Source: Candidatus Woesearchaeota archaeon
GTDB taxonomy: Archaea; Nanobdellota; Nanobdellia; Pacearchaeales; GW2011-AR1
Direction of reading: 5' to 3'
DNA length: 64,000 nt
NCBI GenBank assembly: GCA_964530945.1
Contig: CAZHCJ010000001.1
Location: 66,140-130,139 of the forward strand
Below the pieces are notes generated by a model that did no database searches, was not told the DNA's origin, and saw nothing but the letters and a program-made list of their open reading frames with translations. A program made the translations under genes and the position numbers. Position 1 is the first letter of the stretch. Each line of letters starts with the position of its first letter. Shown in pieces: positions 55,756 to 64,000 of this stretch.

Positions 55756-58700
55756 TCAACCAAACCACTCCTGCAAATTCTTTTGCTCTTCGGGTTCTTT
55801 TCCAAAAACAGAATCTAATTGGCGTTTTGTTATTTCGAGGCTCTGAACAAGATATTTTGACAAATGGTACTTATTTGCAAGAGAAAGCGCAGGTTCAAGA
55901 TATTTTTTAATTCCTCCCTCATGCGTTGTGAAAATTATCTTTCCTTTTTTACATTTAGGACATTTTCCGTTTAAAGGAGGACGCCTCATAGTTTCATTAC
56001 ACCCTACGCAACGAAACGTTTGCATAGAAAATTGTCTAAGATTTCCACGCATATCTCTTAAAAAATGACGTTCAATTACCAGCCTTGCTGTTTCAGAAGT
56101 GTTTGCTGCTCTTATCTTCTCAACAAGATTCATTTGATGCTCGACTTTCTCTTGCATTGTTGCTAAAATCTTATAATTTGAACACGTTACTCCTCTGTTA
56201 AAATTTTTAGTGTTATGTGTAAATCCCATATTGACAAAAGGGTCTTTGCCGTCACGCAAAGCTTTTCTTACATCATAAATTCCTTCCACCTCTGAAGAGT
56301 GTTTCCCTTGTTCTGCTTTTTGGTAAAGTTCTAAAGGATACTCCTTTACAAGCTCAAAATCAAGAATTTGGTCATCGACTTCTCCCGCATCTATTTTTGC
56401 ATTCAAAACTAAAGGTGCATCCTGGGTTCCCCCCCTATGTCCTGGCAAAAATTCTCTCGAAAAATTCAAAAGCACATCTCCTAAAAGCATTACCGCGGCT
56501 TCATCTCCATCACAATCTCTTCTTATTGCAGCATGCATATATGGGCTTGCAAACAACCCTAACGCATTACTAAAACCAATAATCCTGCAAACAACTCCTG
56601 CACAATTATGGGGCGCCATACATACCCCTAAATGACCTGCCAAGTCCTCTCTTTTTTTAACATTATAATAACTAGGCAAGCCATAAAACCTCTCTAAAAG
56701 CTCATCTGTAAAACTTGAAATATTCATGAAAATCTTGTCTGCACGAGCCTCGGGGACTTCTGACGGGCTAGGTAAAATAACATCGTGAGGCATCAATTCC
56801 AAGATTTGCTCTTCATCCTCTAAGGGTTTTCCGTTAATGTCCTCGTCATATCCTAACTCTTTTAGTTTCTCTATACTAATAGAAATTTCTTTGGGTTTGA
56901 AGGAAACAATTGGTAACTCGGTAGCATCAAACCTGACTGTGCCGTCTTTATTTACTTGTAAATCGAAAGCAGAACGAAGTATCCCTTTTCCTAAATTTTC
57001 AACAATGTGGCTTTCCGAACTCGTGCCACGAATTCCCTTAACCAATTCAGGAATATCTGAATCTAAAAGCCCTAAATTCTTAACCGCAATATCAAAATAC
57101 TTCTTTATATCTATTTTTTGATAATATGAAGAAAAAGAACTCTCCGTATGTTCCTTACATTTATTTTCAAAAACCTCCCTGCATTTACGACAATAAAAAC
57201 GTTTTTCTGTTTTTTTTCCGCACGATTCACAACTTCTAAAGATGGTTTCTTCTCCACAATCATTACAATAATATGTGGGGAATTCTCCCAAAACATAACC
57301 TTTTTCGCAAGCTTCATTGACGCTTCTCATTCTTCCTCCTTCTTTTCCAACAACAAAAAGTGTGTTGGGACTCCCTGTAAGCTTTCTCAATTTTCCTTTT
57401 TCTGGCCGTCCCATCCTGGCGCCAATAAATTCTCCTGCTTTGTCTCTTATTTCAAATTTAGAATTTTCATTAACAATTTCTAAAACATTTTCTCTTTGAA
57501 TTTTAAGTTTTTCAATCTTTTCTTTAATATGTTCAGAAAAAACATCTTTTTCTAACCCCAAATTAACAAACAATGCTTCTGCCTCTTTCTTCCCCACCAC
57601 CAAATTTTCAATAAATGCCTTATGGGGAATTCCTAAAAGTTCTAACGCTCTTTTTCCTTTTGTAAATTCTTCTTGCTCTTTTTTAGAATACGGAAAAATT
57701 AGCTTCCCTTCTTCCCGTTTTGCTTTTTTCATCCACTTCAACAAATCTAAAAATTGTTCTTTCTCAATTTGGCTCCAATAAAAAATGTGGCTGGGGTACA
57801 AAGAAACATCATGCTTTTTAGAAATTTCTATTGCTTCTTCTAAATCCACTTCAAAAACATTTATCCTTTTTTCTTTCTCAGAATCTTTCTCTCTCAACTC
57901 TAAGCCCCAAATCTCTTCTACATATCCTGGACGAATTAGTTTAGCATTTCTATTGACCACGTCGCTAAACGGGAAAAGTATATCTCCAAGATAAAGAATC
58001 TCTTCTACATCAGGATAAAGTTTCTTCGCTTCTTTTTCATCTTTAACCTTTATTACGCTACCATTAAACATCTTGACTATTGGGCCATCTATACTGTCAC
58101 AGGCAGTTACTACTCCTCCTTTGGTTGGTTTTTCCACTTTTAATTGGGTTCCTGTTGCAATAAAATCATCTGTTATTGCCATTGTCGCAGGATGTAAAGA
58201 AAACGCGCTAAACCCACTAACCCTTGATCTCCCATATCTAAACCTAAATGCCCCTGACTCTCCAGGGTGCCCAAACACAGGTCTCCCTGCCACGATGTCT
58301 TTTATGTATGTTGGAGAACTGTCTGTTTTTCCTTTATCTCTTTTTTCATGCAATTCAATATATTCGTCAAGAAAATCGAAACCCGTAGACTTTATGCCGT
58401 CTTTTTTTGCCTTGTTCAACAAACGAAATCCTTTTGCAGCCTTCTGTGCTAAACCTTCTGAAAAAATAAGGCACATTCCTCCCCTAATATAATTTGTTTC
58501 AATCCTCTCCAAGTTTTTATGGTTTGAAACTTCTTTCTTCGTTGTAGGTTCTCCCGAAATCTGAATGGGGAGATTCTTAGCCAAAAAAAGCGCTTCTTCT
58601 TCTGTAGGCATATATTGTAAATTCGTTATGCGATCATGATAATCTAAATTTTCAACCCAGTATCTCCTTATTTCTTCCTCGCTGGGATCGTATTTCGCAT

Positions 58701-59220
58701 ACCCAAATATTTCTCTTAGGTAATCTATAATCATCAAAACAACACAGCTTGCAGTCGTTCCTGCACTGCGTATTGGCCCAGAAAAAAATGCTTCAATATA
58801 TTCCTTTCCATCGCGTGTCTTTTTCAAGTCAAGCTTTGTTAATCCTTCAATGGGGCTCGAAACCACACCCAAAGTGATATATGCAAAACCGATCCTGGTT
58901 CCTGCTTCTATTGCTTCCAGCAACGAAGAAAATTTACAATACTTCTGTTTTGCAACTTCCTCTGCGATTACAAAGGCCACCGTAGTGTCAAGCTTCCCAT
59001 ATTTTTCTTCCAATTCTAGAATACGTTTAACAATCCCCGAATCTTCCATCTGTGGATAAACTGCGGCAATCAGCCCCACCACTTTTTCAGCCAAGCTCCT
59101 TGCAAGAGGAATTTCGACTTTGTCCACAGGGTCTAAACCCTTGCCTCTGGCAACATTTGCCCAATCATAAACCTTATTCGTTTCTCTTTCAATCATCTCA
59201 AAATATTTTTTTGTGTTCAT
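55756..59220 (-). CDS. polC: DNA polymerase II (PolD) large catalytic subunit DP2
   Basis: 1154 aa with conserved DP2 blocks and zinc-finger clusters (CNDCGEETIFRSCESCG...CRKC); no intein. Confidence 0.9.
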   Translation of the reverse strand: MNTKKYFEMIERETNKVYDWANVARGKGLDPVDKVEIPLARSLAEKVVGLIAAVYPQMEDSGIVKRILELEEKYGKLDTTVAFVIAEEVAKQKYCKFSSLLEAIEAGTRIGFAYITLGVVSSPIEGLTKLDLKKTRDGKEYIEAFFSGPIRSAGTTASCVVLMIIDYLREIFGYAKYDPSEEEIRRYWVENLDYHDRITNLQYMPTEEEALFLAKNLPIQISGEPTTKKEVSNHKNLERIETNYIRGGMCLIFSEGLAQKAAKGFRLLNKAKKDGIKSTGFDFLDEYIELHEKRDKGKTDSSPTYIKDIVAGRPVFGHPGESGAFRFRYGRSRVSGFSAFSLHPATMAITDDFIATGTQLKVEKPTKGGVVTACDSIDGPIVKMFNGSVIKVKDEKEAKKLYPDVEEILYLGDILFPFSDVVNRNAKLIRPGYVEEIWGLELREKDSEKEKRINVFEVDLEEAIEISKKHDVSLYPSHIFYWSQIEKEQFLDLLKWMKKAKREEGKLIFPYSKKEQEEFTKGKRALELLGIPHKAFIENLVVGKKEAEALFVNLGLEKDVFSEHIKEKIEKLKIQRENVLEIVNENSKFEIRDKAGEFIGARMGRPEKGKLRKLTGSPNTLFVVGKEGGRMRSVNEACEKGYVLGEFPTYYCNDCGEETIFRSCESCGKKTEKRFYCRKCREVFENKCKEHTESSFSSYYQKIDIKKYFDIAVKNLGLLDSDIPELVKGIRGTSSESHIVENLGKGILRSAFDLQVNKDGTVRFDATELPIVSFKPKEISISIEKLKELGYDEDINGKPLEDEEQILELMPHDVILPSPSEVPEARADKIFMNISSFTDELLERFYGLPSYYNVKKREDLAGHLGVCMAPHNCAGVVCRIIGFSNALGLFASPYMHAAIRRDCDGDEAAVMLLGDVLLNFSREFLPGHRGGTQDAPLVLNAKIDAGEVDDQILDFELVKEYPLELYQKAEQGKHSSEVEGIYDVRKALRDGKDPFVNMGFTHNTKNFNRGVTCSNYKILATMQEKVEHQMNLVEKIRAANTSETARLVIERHFLRDMRGNLRQFSMQTFRCVGCNETMRRPPLNGKCPKCKKGKIIFTTHEGGIKKYLEPALSLANKYHLSKYLVQSLEITKRQLDSVFGKEPEEQKNLQEWFG

Positions 59221-59813
59221 TCTTTTAAATGTTTCAAGAATTCATTTAATTCTTTTATTTTAATGATGTTTTCATGTTCACTATGTTTTTTGTTCCACGG
59301 CTTATCAATCAAAAATACTTTTATTCCCTTTTCTGCACAATTGAGCGCATAATCCGCATTATCTTCAACCATTATTTCAATTCCTAGTTCCTCGCAAATT
59401 TCTGATTTTGTTTTTCCTCCTTGCATGTCTTCAGAATGAATTATTTCAAAATTTTGGTTAGGGAAATATTTGGCAAAAAACCTTTTTGTATCTTCTTTAA
59501 ATTCTTGTGGACGAGAAGTGATGAAATACAATGTGTGTTTTTCATAAAGAACTTCCAACACTTCTTTTACTCCATCTATCAAATCAATCTTTTCAAAATG
59601 TTCTGATTGTTGGAAGGCCATTATCTCTGAAATACTCTCTTCTTTTGAAGAATGAATCTTTGTTTTCCATAAATAATAATTATTGATGTCTTCTAGAGTA
59701 AATGAAGTTTTATTTTTATTATTAGAATAATCTAAGAAATGTTTCATAAAATTGGCAACTACCTCGTCTATATCCAGCCCTATTTTTTGTTCATCTTTTA
59801 TTTTCATTTTCAC
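59217..59813 (-). CDS. HAD-superfamily 5'(3')-deoxyribonucleotidase-like hydrolase
   Basis: DxD motif (GLDIDEVVANF) at the N-terminus; 198 aa; start and stop both overlap the PolD subunit genes. Confidence 0.6.
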   Translation of the reverse strand: MKMKIKDEQKIGLDIDEVVANFMKHFLDYSNNKNKTSFTLEDINNYYLWKTKIHSSKEESISEIMAFQQSEHFEKIDLIDGVKEVLEVLYEKHTLYFITSRPQEFKEDTKRFFAKYFPNQNFEIIHSEDMQGGKTKSEICEELGIEIMVEDNADYALNCAEKGIKVFLIDKPWNKKHSEHENIIKIKELNEFLKHLKE

Positions 59814-61408
59814 TCAAAATCGAGCAGTTTCACCGCCCGTGTTTTTAAATTTACCATTGGAACTTTGCAAAAATCTGGTTGGTTTCCCTTGCGTTTCTGG
59901 AACTCTGTTTCTCTCTCCCATGCCGCATTAGAAATAGTTAAAATATTATTGTAGTTTTTAATGCCGCATTTATGGCTATGTCCCGAAACAAAAATGTCCG
60001 GTAATTTATCTATTGTCAATTGGTCTTCACCCATGGGAAGGGTCTGAGTTGAACCAAAAGCAGGAGCCAAATGCCTATACTTCAAAAGATATTCCATAAT
60101 TTTTTCTGGGGCGTTCATTCCTCCGCCTTTCATCAAAGAAGGCACATTATTGGCATAATAAGGATAAGAAAAACCATGATATGTTAAAACATCAAAACCC
60201 TCGAATCCTTTTTCCTCTGAACTCCCTATGTTAGTATATGCGGGATTTCCTGTCAAAATAACGTTTTTAAGATTATAAAGGGGCCACGCATATTTCTCAT
60301 CTAAAACAGGCTGGGGCTCCATTAAACGAACCCCATCATGATTCCCTGGAGAGATGATTATTTTTATATCACTTTTAATCTTTCCAAACATCTCCGATAA
60401 GCCTTGAAATTGGCTTTCCAAATCTTTAAGCAGAAGTTCTTTCTTTTGCCCAGAATACACTCCGACTCCTGAAACAACATCTCCTCCAACAAAAAGATAT
60501 TTTATTTTATTTACTTCCTCCCTATCCAAATTTCCATTGCCCTTCCCATTAAGGTAATCTATGAATTTATCAAAATTTTCTTGCATAAATAGCTTGCTAC
60601 CATAATGTAAGTCGCTAATAAATATTGCACTTTCGTCTACAGGGCTATGTTTCTTTTCTTGGATTCTCGCCTCGGGCAAAACAATATTATTAACAAAAAA
60701 AATTTCTCTATCTCCAAAACCAGTAAAACCCACCACTGCATCCAAAGGCATTTCTTCAGCCAATTCAAACAATTCCGATTTATTATTGTTGACAAGAACA
60801 CGTATTTTTCCGGTGAGATCTTCAACCTCCAACAACAAATTTTTATTTTTTGTGATTCTCTTCTCAGAAACCATCCCTATAATAGAAATCTTTTTTCTTT
60901 TATCTGAAAGTTTATTTATAGAAACAAGATTTTCTAACTCTCTTCTATCTTGCAAAACATCTTTTAACTTGACAAATTTATCTCTAAGGGTGTCAACAAA
61001 ATCTTTTACTCCAATATCTCTTTTAGGCGCAGGAGATTTGGAAAGCACTTTTACTCTCACATCAGAGATTCTTTCAGTAGAAACATTTTGTGGGTTGTTT
61101 TTTTCAACATTTTTTGAAGAAGTGACTTCTTTAGAAATTTCTATCTCTAATCCAAGACGTATTTTTAATTTCTCTAATTTTTTTTGCTTATCTTCTGGCA
61201 ATCCCGTAAAAACCTTATGTGCCTGTTCTTTATTCTCATGGAAAACCTTTTTTGTTATTATTTTAGAAGACGTATGTCTCTTCAACTTATTTAGGAGGAG
61301 TTTTACAGATTCCAAATCCTCGCTTTCTTCACTGAGCAAACTTAAAACTTCTGAATCTAAAAGGATGCCTTCTTTTAAAAATAAATTCAATATTTCTTGT
61401 TTGTTCAT
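59810..61408 (-). CDS. polB: DNA polymerase II (PolD) small subunit DP1
   Basis: C-terminal calcineurin-like phosphoesterase motifs (GNHD; GHSH) and an N-terminal DP1 region. Confidence 0.85.
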   Translation of the reverse strand: MNKQEILNLFLKEGILLDSEVLSLLSEESEDLESVKLLLNKLKRHTSSKIITKKVFHENKEQAHKVFTGLPEDKQKKLEKLKIRLGLEIEISKEVTSSKNVEKNNPQNVSTERISDVRVKVLSKSPAPKRDIGVKDFVDTLRDKFVKLKDVLQDRRELENLVSINKLSDKRKKISIIGMVSEKRITKNKNLLLEVEDLTGKIRVLVNNNKSELFELAEEMPLDAVVGFTGFGDREIFFVNNIVLPEARIQEKKHSPVDESAIFISDLHYGSKLFMQENFDKFIDYLNGKGNGNLDREEVNKIKYLFVGGDVVSGVGVYSGQKKELLLKDLESQFQGLSEMFGKIKSDIKIIISPGNHDGVRLMEPQPVLDEKYAWPLYNLKNVILTGNPAYTNIGSSEEKGFEGFDVLTYHGFSYPYYANNVPSLMKGGGMNAPEKIMEYLLKYRHLAPAFGSTQTLPMGEDQLTIDKLPDIFVSGHSHKCGIKNYNNILTISNAAWERETEFQKRKGNQPDFCKVPMVNLKTRAVKLLDFE

Positions 61409-61417
61409 GAATATGAT

Positions 61418-62629
61418 TTAATTATATCTGATAGACTCTTTAATGATTTCTTTCGCTTTCTCTACGATGGGTTTTGCAATTGCTAATTTTATTTCTCTCA
61501 TCCTTCCTCCACGTCCTTTCGAAACAACACGGACATTTATGATTCCCAACATATCAAACTCTTGAATAATATCTCCTACACGTCTTTGGGTTAAAACACT
61601 CTCTTTATTTCTCAAACAAATATCTTGGTAAAAGTTGTAAACATCTCCTGTGAATATAGGGTCTCCTTTGTTTTTTTCCAAAAGACTTATTATTGAATAT
61701 AACACATATTGGAATTGTTTGGGTTCTGTCTTGATGACATCTAAAATTTTATCTTTTTCTATTTTTGTGTTCGCTTCATCTATGTGTTTAAGTTGTATCC
61801 TCTCACTCGCGTCTCTCTCAGCAAGCTCCCCTGCAATCCTTAACAAATCCAGTGCGCGTCGCGCATCCCCGTGTTCTCTTGCCGCAAAAGCAGCGCATTT
61901 TGCAACAACTCCTTCTTCCAAAACTTTCTCTTTAAATGCCTCTTTTGCCCTGCTACTAAGAATTTCCTGCAGTTGTAAGGCATTGTAAGGAGGAAACACT
62001 ATTTCTTCTTCAGAAAGAGAGCTTCTGACTCTTGGATCTAGATTATCTAAAAAAGTTAAATCATTACTTATACCTACTAAACAAATTTGTGTTTTAGATA
62101 ATTCTGAATTGAGTCTAGTAAGATTATATAAAAAGTCGCTAGAAATCTTTTTCACTGCTTGGTCTATCTCATCTAGAATCAAAACTAAGAACTGTTTTTC
62201 GCCATCAATCAATTCAATAAATCTATTATAAACTGCTTCTGTAGGCAAACCTGTTTCTGGAACACTCCCTCCCAATTTCCTAATTAATTCAGCTAATATA
62301 CGGTACTCTGTATCAGAAACCTTTCTTAATTTACAATTAAGATATTTTATTTTCAAATCAAAATCTGCTTCTTTTTTCTTTCTTTTCAAAAGCTCTTCCT
62401 TAATATGGGATATAGAAAGCGTTTTCCCTGTCCCTGTTTTTCCATAAAGAAATAAATTACTTGTGCGTTCTCCTCTCAAAACCGGTGCAAGCACTGATGC
62501 TATTTGTTTTATTTGATCATTTCTATGAGGTATCTCTTCAGGTTTGTGTTTTGTTTGTAAAACAGATTTATTTTTAAAAATCTTATTTCCGTCAAAATTC
62601 TCAAATATTTGATCTAATTCACTGCTCAT
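61418..62629 (-). CDS. cdc6: Orc1/Cdc6 replication initiator
   Basis: AAA+ Walker A LFLYGKTGTGKTLS, Walker B ILDEID, C-terminal winged helix. Confidence 0.9.
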   Translation of the reverse strand: MSSELDQIFENFDGNKIFKNKSVLQTKHKPEEIPHRNDQIKQIASVLAPVLRGERTSNLFLYGKTGTGKTLSISHIKEELLKRKKKEADFDLKIKYLNCKLRKVSDTEYRILAELIRKLGGSVPETGLPTEAVYNRFIELIDGEKQFLVLILDEIDQAVKKISSDFLYNLTRLNSELSKTQICLVGISNDLTFLDNLDPRVRSSLSEEEIVFPPYNALQLQEILSSRAKEAFKEKVLEEGVVAKCAAFAAREHGDARRALDLLRIAGELAERDASERIQLKHIDEANTKIEKDKILDVIKTEPKQFQYVLYSIISLLEKNKGDPIFTGDVYNFYQDICLRNKESVLTQRRVGDIIQEFDMLGIINVRVVSKGRGGRMREIKLAIAKPIVEKAKEIIKESIRYN

Positions 62630-62684
62630 CTCTTGCCTCCTTTTAAATTGTTTTCAGCAAAGGTCCTCTAAAACAAGTTCAAAA

Positions 62685-62711
62685 CCCCACACCTTAATTT
62701 CGAGTGGAAAT
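62685..62711 (-). promoter_or_regulatory. origin recognition box ORB1 (dyad TTCCACTCGAAAT plus GGGG string on the minus strand)
   Basis: CCCCACACCTTAATTTCGAGTGGAAAT. The core resembles the archaeal ORB core TCCAGTGGAAA, with a G-string on the distal side. Confidence 0.6.
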
Positions 62712-62786
62712 TGTTCCTTATGCTTCGAACATTAACGAGAAAAACTCTAAAGATTATATAAAAGATTACCACCACTAAAAAAGAAA

Positions 62787-62810
62787 AACACCTTAATTTC
62801 GAGTGGAAAT
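62787..62810 (-). promoter_or_regulatory. ORB2, direct copy of ORB1 without G-string (mini-ORB)
   Basis: AAACACCTTAATTTCGAGTGGAAAT repeats ORB1 ~100 bp away. Confidence 0.55.
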
Positions 62811-62922
62811 GTAAATTAGCTAAAAGTTGCTCTACTACTACTACTATAATATATATAATATATAATATAAAAATTTATAAATAAAAATTAAAATTTGAAA
62901 AAATCAAAACTCTTTAAAAAGC
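62811..62922. other. putative duplex unwinding element (extremely AT-rich, TA/TAC repeats) between ORBs
   Basis: ~110 bp almost devoid of G/C, flanked by ORB copies in opposite orientations. Confidence 0.5.
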
Positions 62923-62949
62923 TTTCCAGACGAAATGTAGGTGTGAGTG
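62923..62949 (+). promoter_or_regulatory. ORB3, inverted copy (reverse complement CACTCACACCTACATTTCGTCTGGAAA)
   Basis: Matches the CACACCT..ATTTCG..TGGAAA pattern of ORB1/2 in inverted orientation. Confidence 0.55.
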
Positions 62950-62987
62950 CGTGTTTTTAAATTTAGACATTACCTCATCATCATTTT

Positions 62988-63013
62988 ATTATTATTATTA
63001 TTATTATTATTAT
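62988..63013. repeat. (ATT)n microsatellite, ~8 units
   Basis: Read directly from the sequence. Confidence 0.7.
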
Positions 63014-63044
63014 ACTTTATTAATAAAAAATTAAATGTTAAAAT

Positions 63045-63083
63045 TTCATATCCTCTCATATTTCTTTTCATATCCTCTCATAT
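63045..63083. repeat. tandem direct repeat TTCATATCCTCTCATAT x2 upstream of the PRC-barrel gene
   Basis: Read directly from the sequence. Confidence 0.6.
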
Positions 63084-63133
63084 AGATACAACGTCACAGA
63101 AAACTTTATATATCATTTTCTTCTCGGTATGAT

Positions 63134-63394
63134 ATGCAACAAAGTAAGAACCCTTTTAGTGCACTTCTCGGAAAGATGATAGTAACTAAAGAAGGAAAGC
63201 GTTTAGGTTTTGTTAAAGATATTACTTTTGAAACTCGTTCAGGAGAATTAATTAGTATAGTTGTAAAAGATTCTACGCCTTACACAAAAAACCTTAATTT
63301 AGAAAGAACAGGGAATAAAGAACTCTTAATTCCTTACAGCGCAATAATTGCTATAGGAGATTTTGTGATTGTTTCGGAAGAAGATCTGATTTAA
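63134..63394 (+). CDS. PRC-barrel domain protein
   Basis: 86 aa with GKMIVTKEGKRLGFVKDITFE...IVV pattern; a second PRC-barrel gene in this window. Confidence 0.5.
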   Translation: MQQSKNPFSALLGKMIVTKEGKRLGFVKDITFETRSGELISIVVKDSTPYTKNLNLERTGNKELLIPYSAIIAIGDFVIVSEEDLI

Positions 63395-63464
63395 TTCCTA
63401 AAAACAAACAATATAACCTATTTTTCATAAAAAACTTTAAAAACTGATTTCTGATTACTTTGAT

Positions 63465-63878
63465 ATGAGATTAATAGGATTTAACTTTAGTAAGATAAGT
63501 GCTGAAAAATTTAAAGGAAAAAAAGGAGAAAAATTAAAAATAAATACAGATATGGATATAGAAGACATATCTAAAATGGAAGAAAACCTGTTAAAAGGAA
63601 AAGAAGAAGTAATAAAGGTAGATTTTTCATATATCATAAACTATAATCCTAATTTCGCAAAAATAGAGCTGAAGGGAACGATGCTTTTCTCAATAGATCC
63701 AAAAGAATCAAAACAATTGTTAAAAGAATGGAAGAAAAAGAAAATGCCTGAAGATTTTAGAATTGGCGCATTCAATATAATATTAAAAAAGGCCTCTTTA
63801 AAGGCATTAGAAATGGAAGATGAGTTAAACCTGCCTTACCATGTACCTATGCCTTCCTTTAAAAGACAATCTAAATAA
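63465..63878 (+). CDS. hypothetical Lys/Glu-rich protein
   Basis: 137-aa ORF. Confidence 0.4.
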   Translation: MRLIGFNFSKISAEKFKGKKGEKLKINTDMDIEDISKMEENLLKGKEEVIKVDFSYIINYNPNFAKIELKGTMLFSIDPKESKQLLKEWKKKKMPEDFRIGAFNIILKKASLKALEMEDELNLPYHVPMPSFKRQSK

Positions 63879-64000
63879 ATCCTTCTAGAAAGTAATTTAA
63901 AACAGAATAACTTCTCTTTTTTATGAAAATCTCTGAAGAAAAGAAAGAGAGGATTTATGAACAAATTCTGGCACATCTTTATTCTGTTTCCCCCAAACCA

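Noticed and set aside
62685-62949. Direct repeats of a ~24-nt element considered as a minimal CRISPR array
   Set aside because: There are only two direct copies, ~100 bp apart, plus an inverted degenerate copy across an AT-rich stretch and directly upstream of cdc6. The sequence resembles the archaeal ORB consensus, so they fit origin recognition boxes instead.

Overview
This looks like a dense, visibly AT-rich archaeal chromosome segment. The lineage (possibly a reduced-genome, DPANN-like archaeon) is inference only. Almost all genes are information-processing or cell-surface genes. Four tRNAs (Val, Thr, Gln, Arg) are present and no rRNA was seen.

Translation and RNA-processing genes:
- ribosomal proteins L44e, S3Ae and S15
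- nucleoside-diphosphate kinase
- SRP54 and FtsY
- aEF-1beta and aIF2-alpha
- Nop10
- TyrRS
- Bud32 (KEOPS)
- DRG GTPase
- 2'-5' RNA ligase

Replication and repair genes:
- a co-linear orc1/cdc6 - PolD small subunit - 5'-nucleotidase - PolD large subunit block, immediately downstream of an origin-like region with three ORB-like elements flanking an AT-rich unwinding element
- RadA carrying a 495-aa LAGLIDADG intein, next to RPA
- a RecJ/GAN-like DHH nuclease and a putative GINS subunit
- family-4 uracil-DNA glycosylase
- Hef split into separate helicase and ERCC4 nuclease genes

The main accessory module is a ~10 kb minus-strand type IV pilus locus (31469-41419): a FlaI/TadA-like ATPase, a FlaJ/TadC-like membrane platform, about 9-10 small pilin-like genes with class III signal peptides, and an A24 prepilin peptidase.

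Other notable items:
- a free-standing HTH-LAGLIDADG endonuclease gene with the same domain architecture as the radA intein
- two giant secreted proteins at the window start
- a sequon-rich surface protein abutting tRNA-Arg
- a GC-rich island that is a frameshifted, stop-containing gene remnant
- an FmrO/ArmA-like rRNA methyltransferase homolog
- several small Cys-rich or membrane micro-ORFs

TAG terminates at least two confident genes, so the in-frame TAGs noted below are read as real stops.
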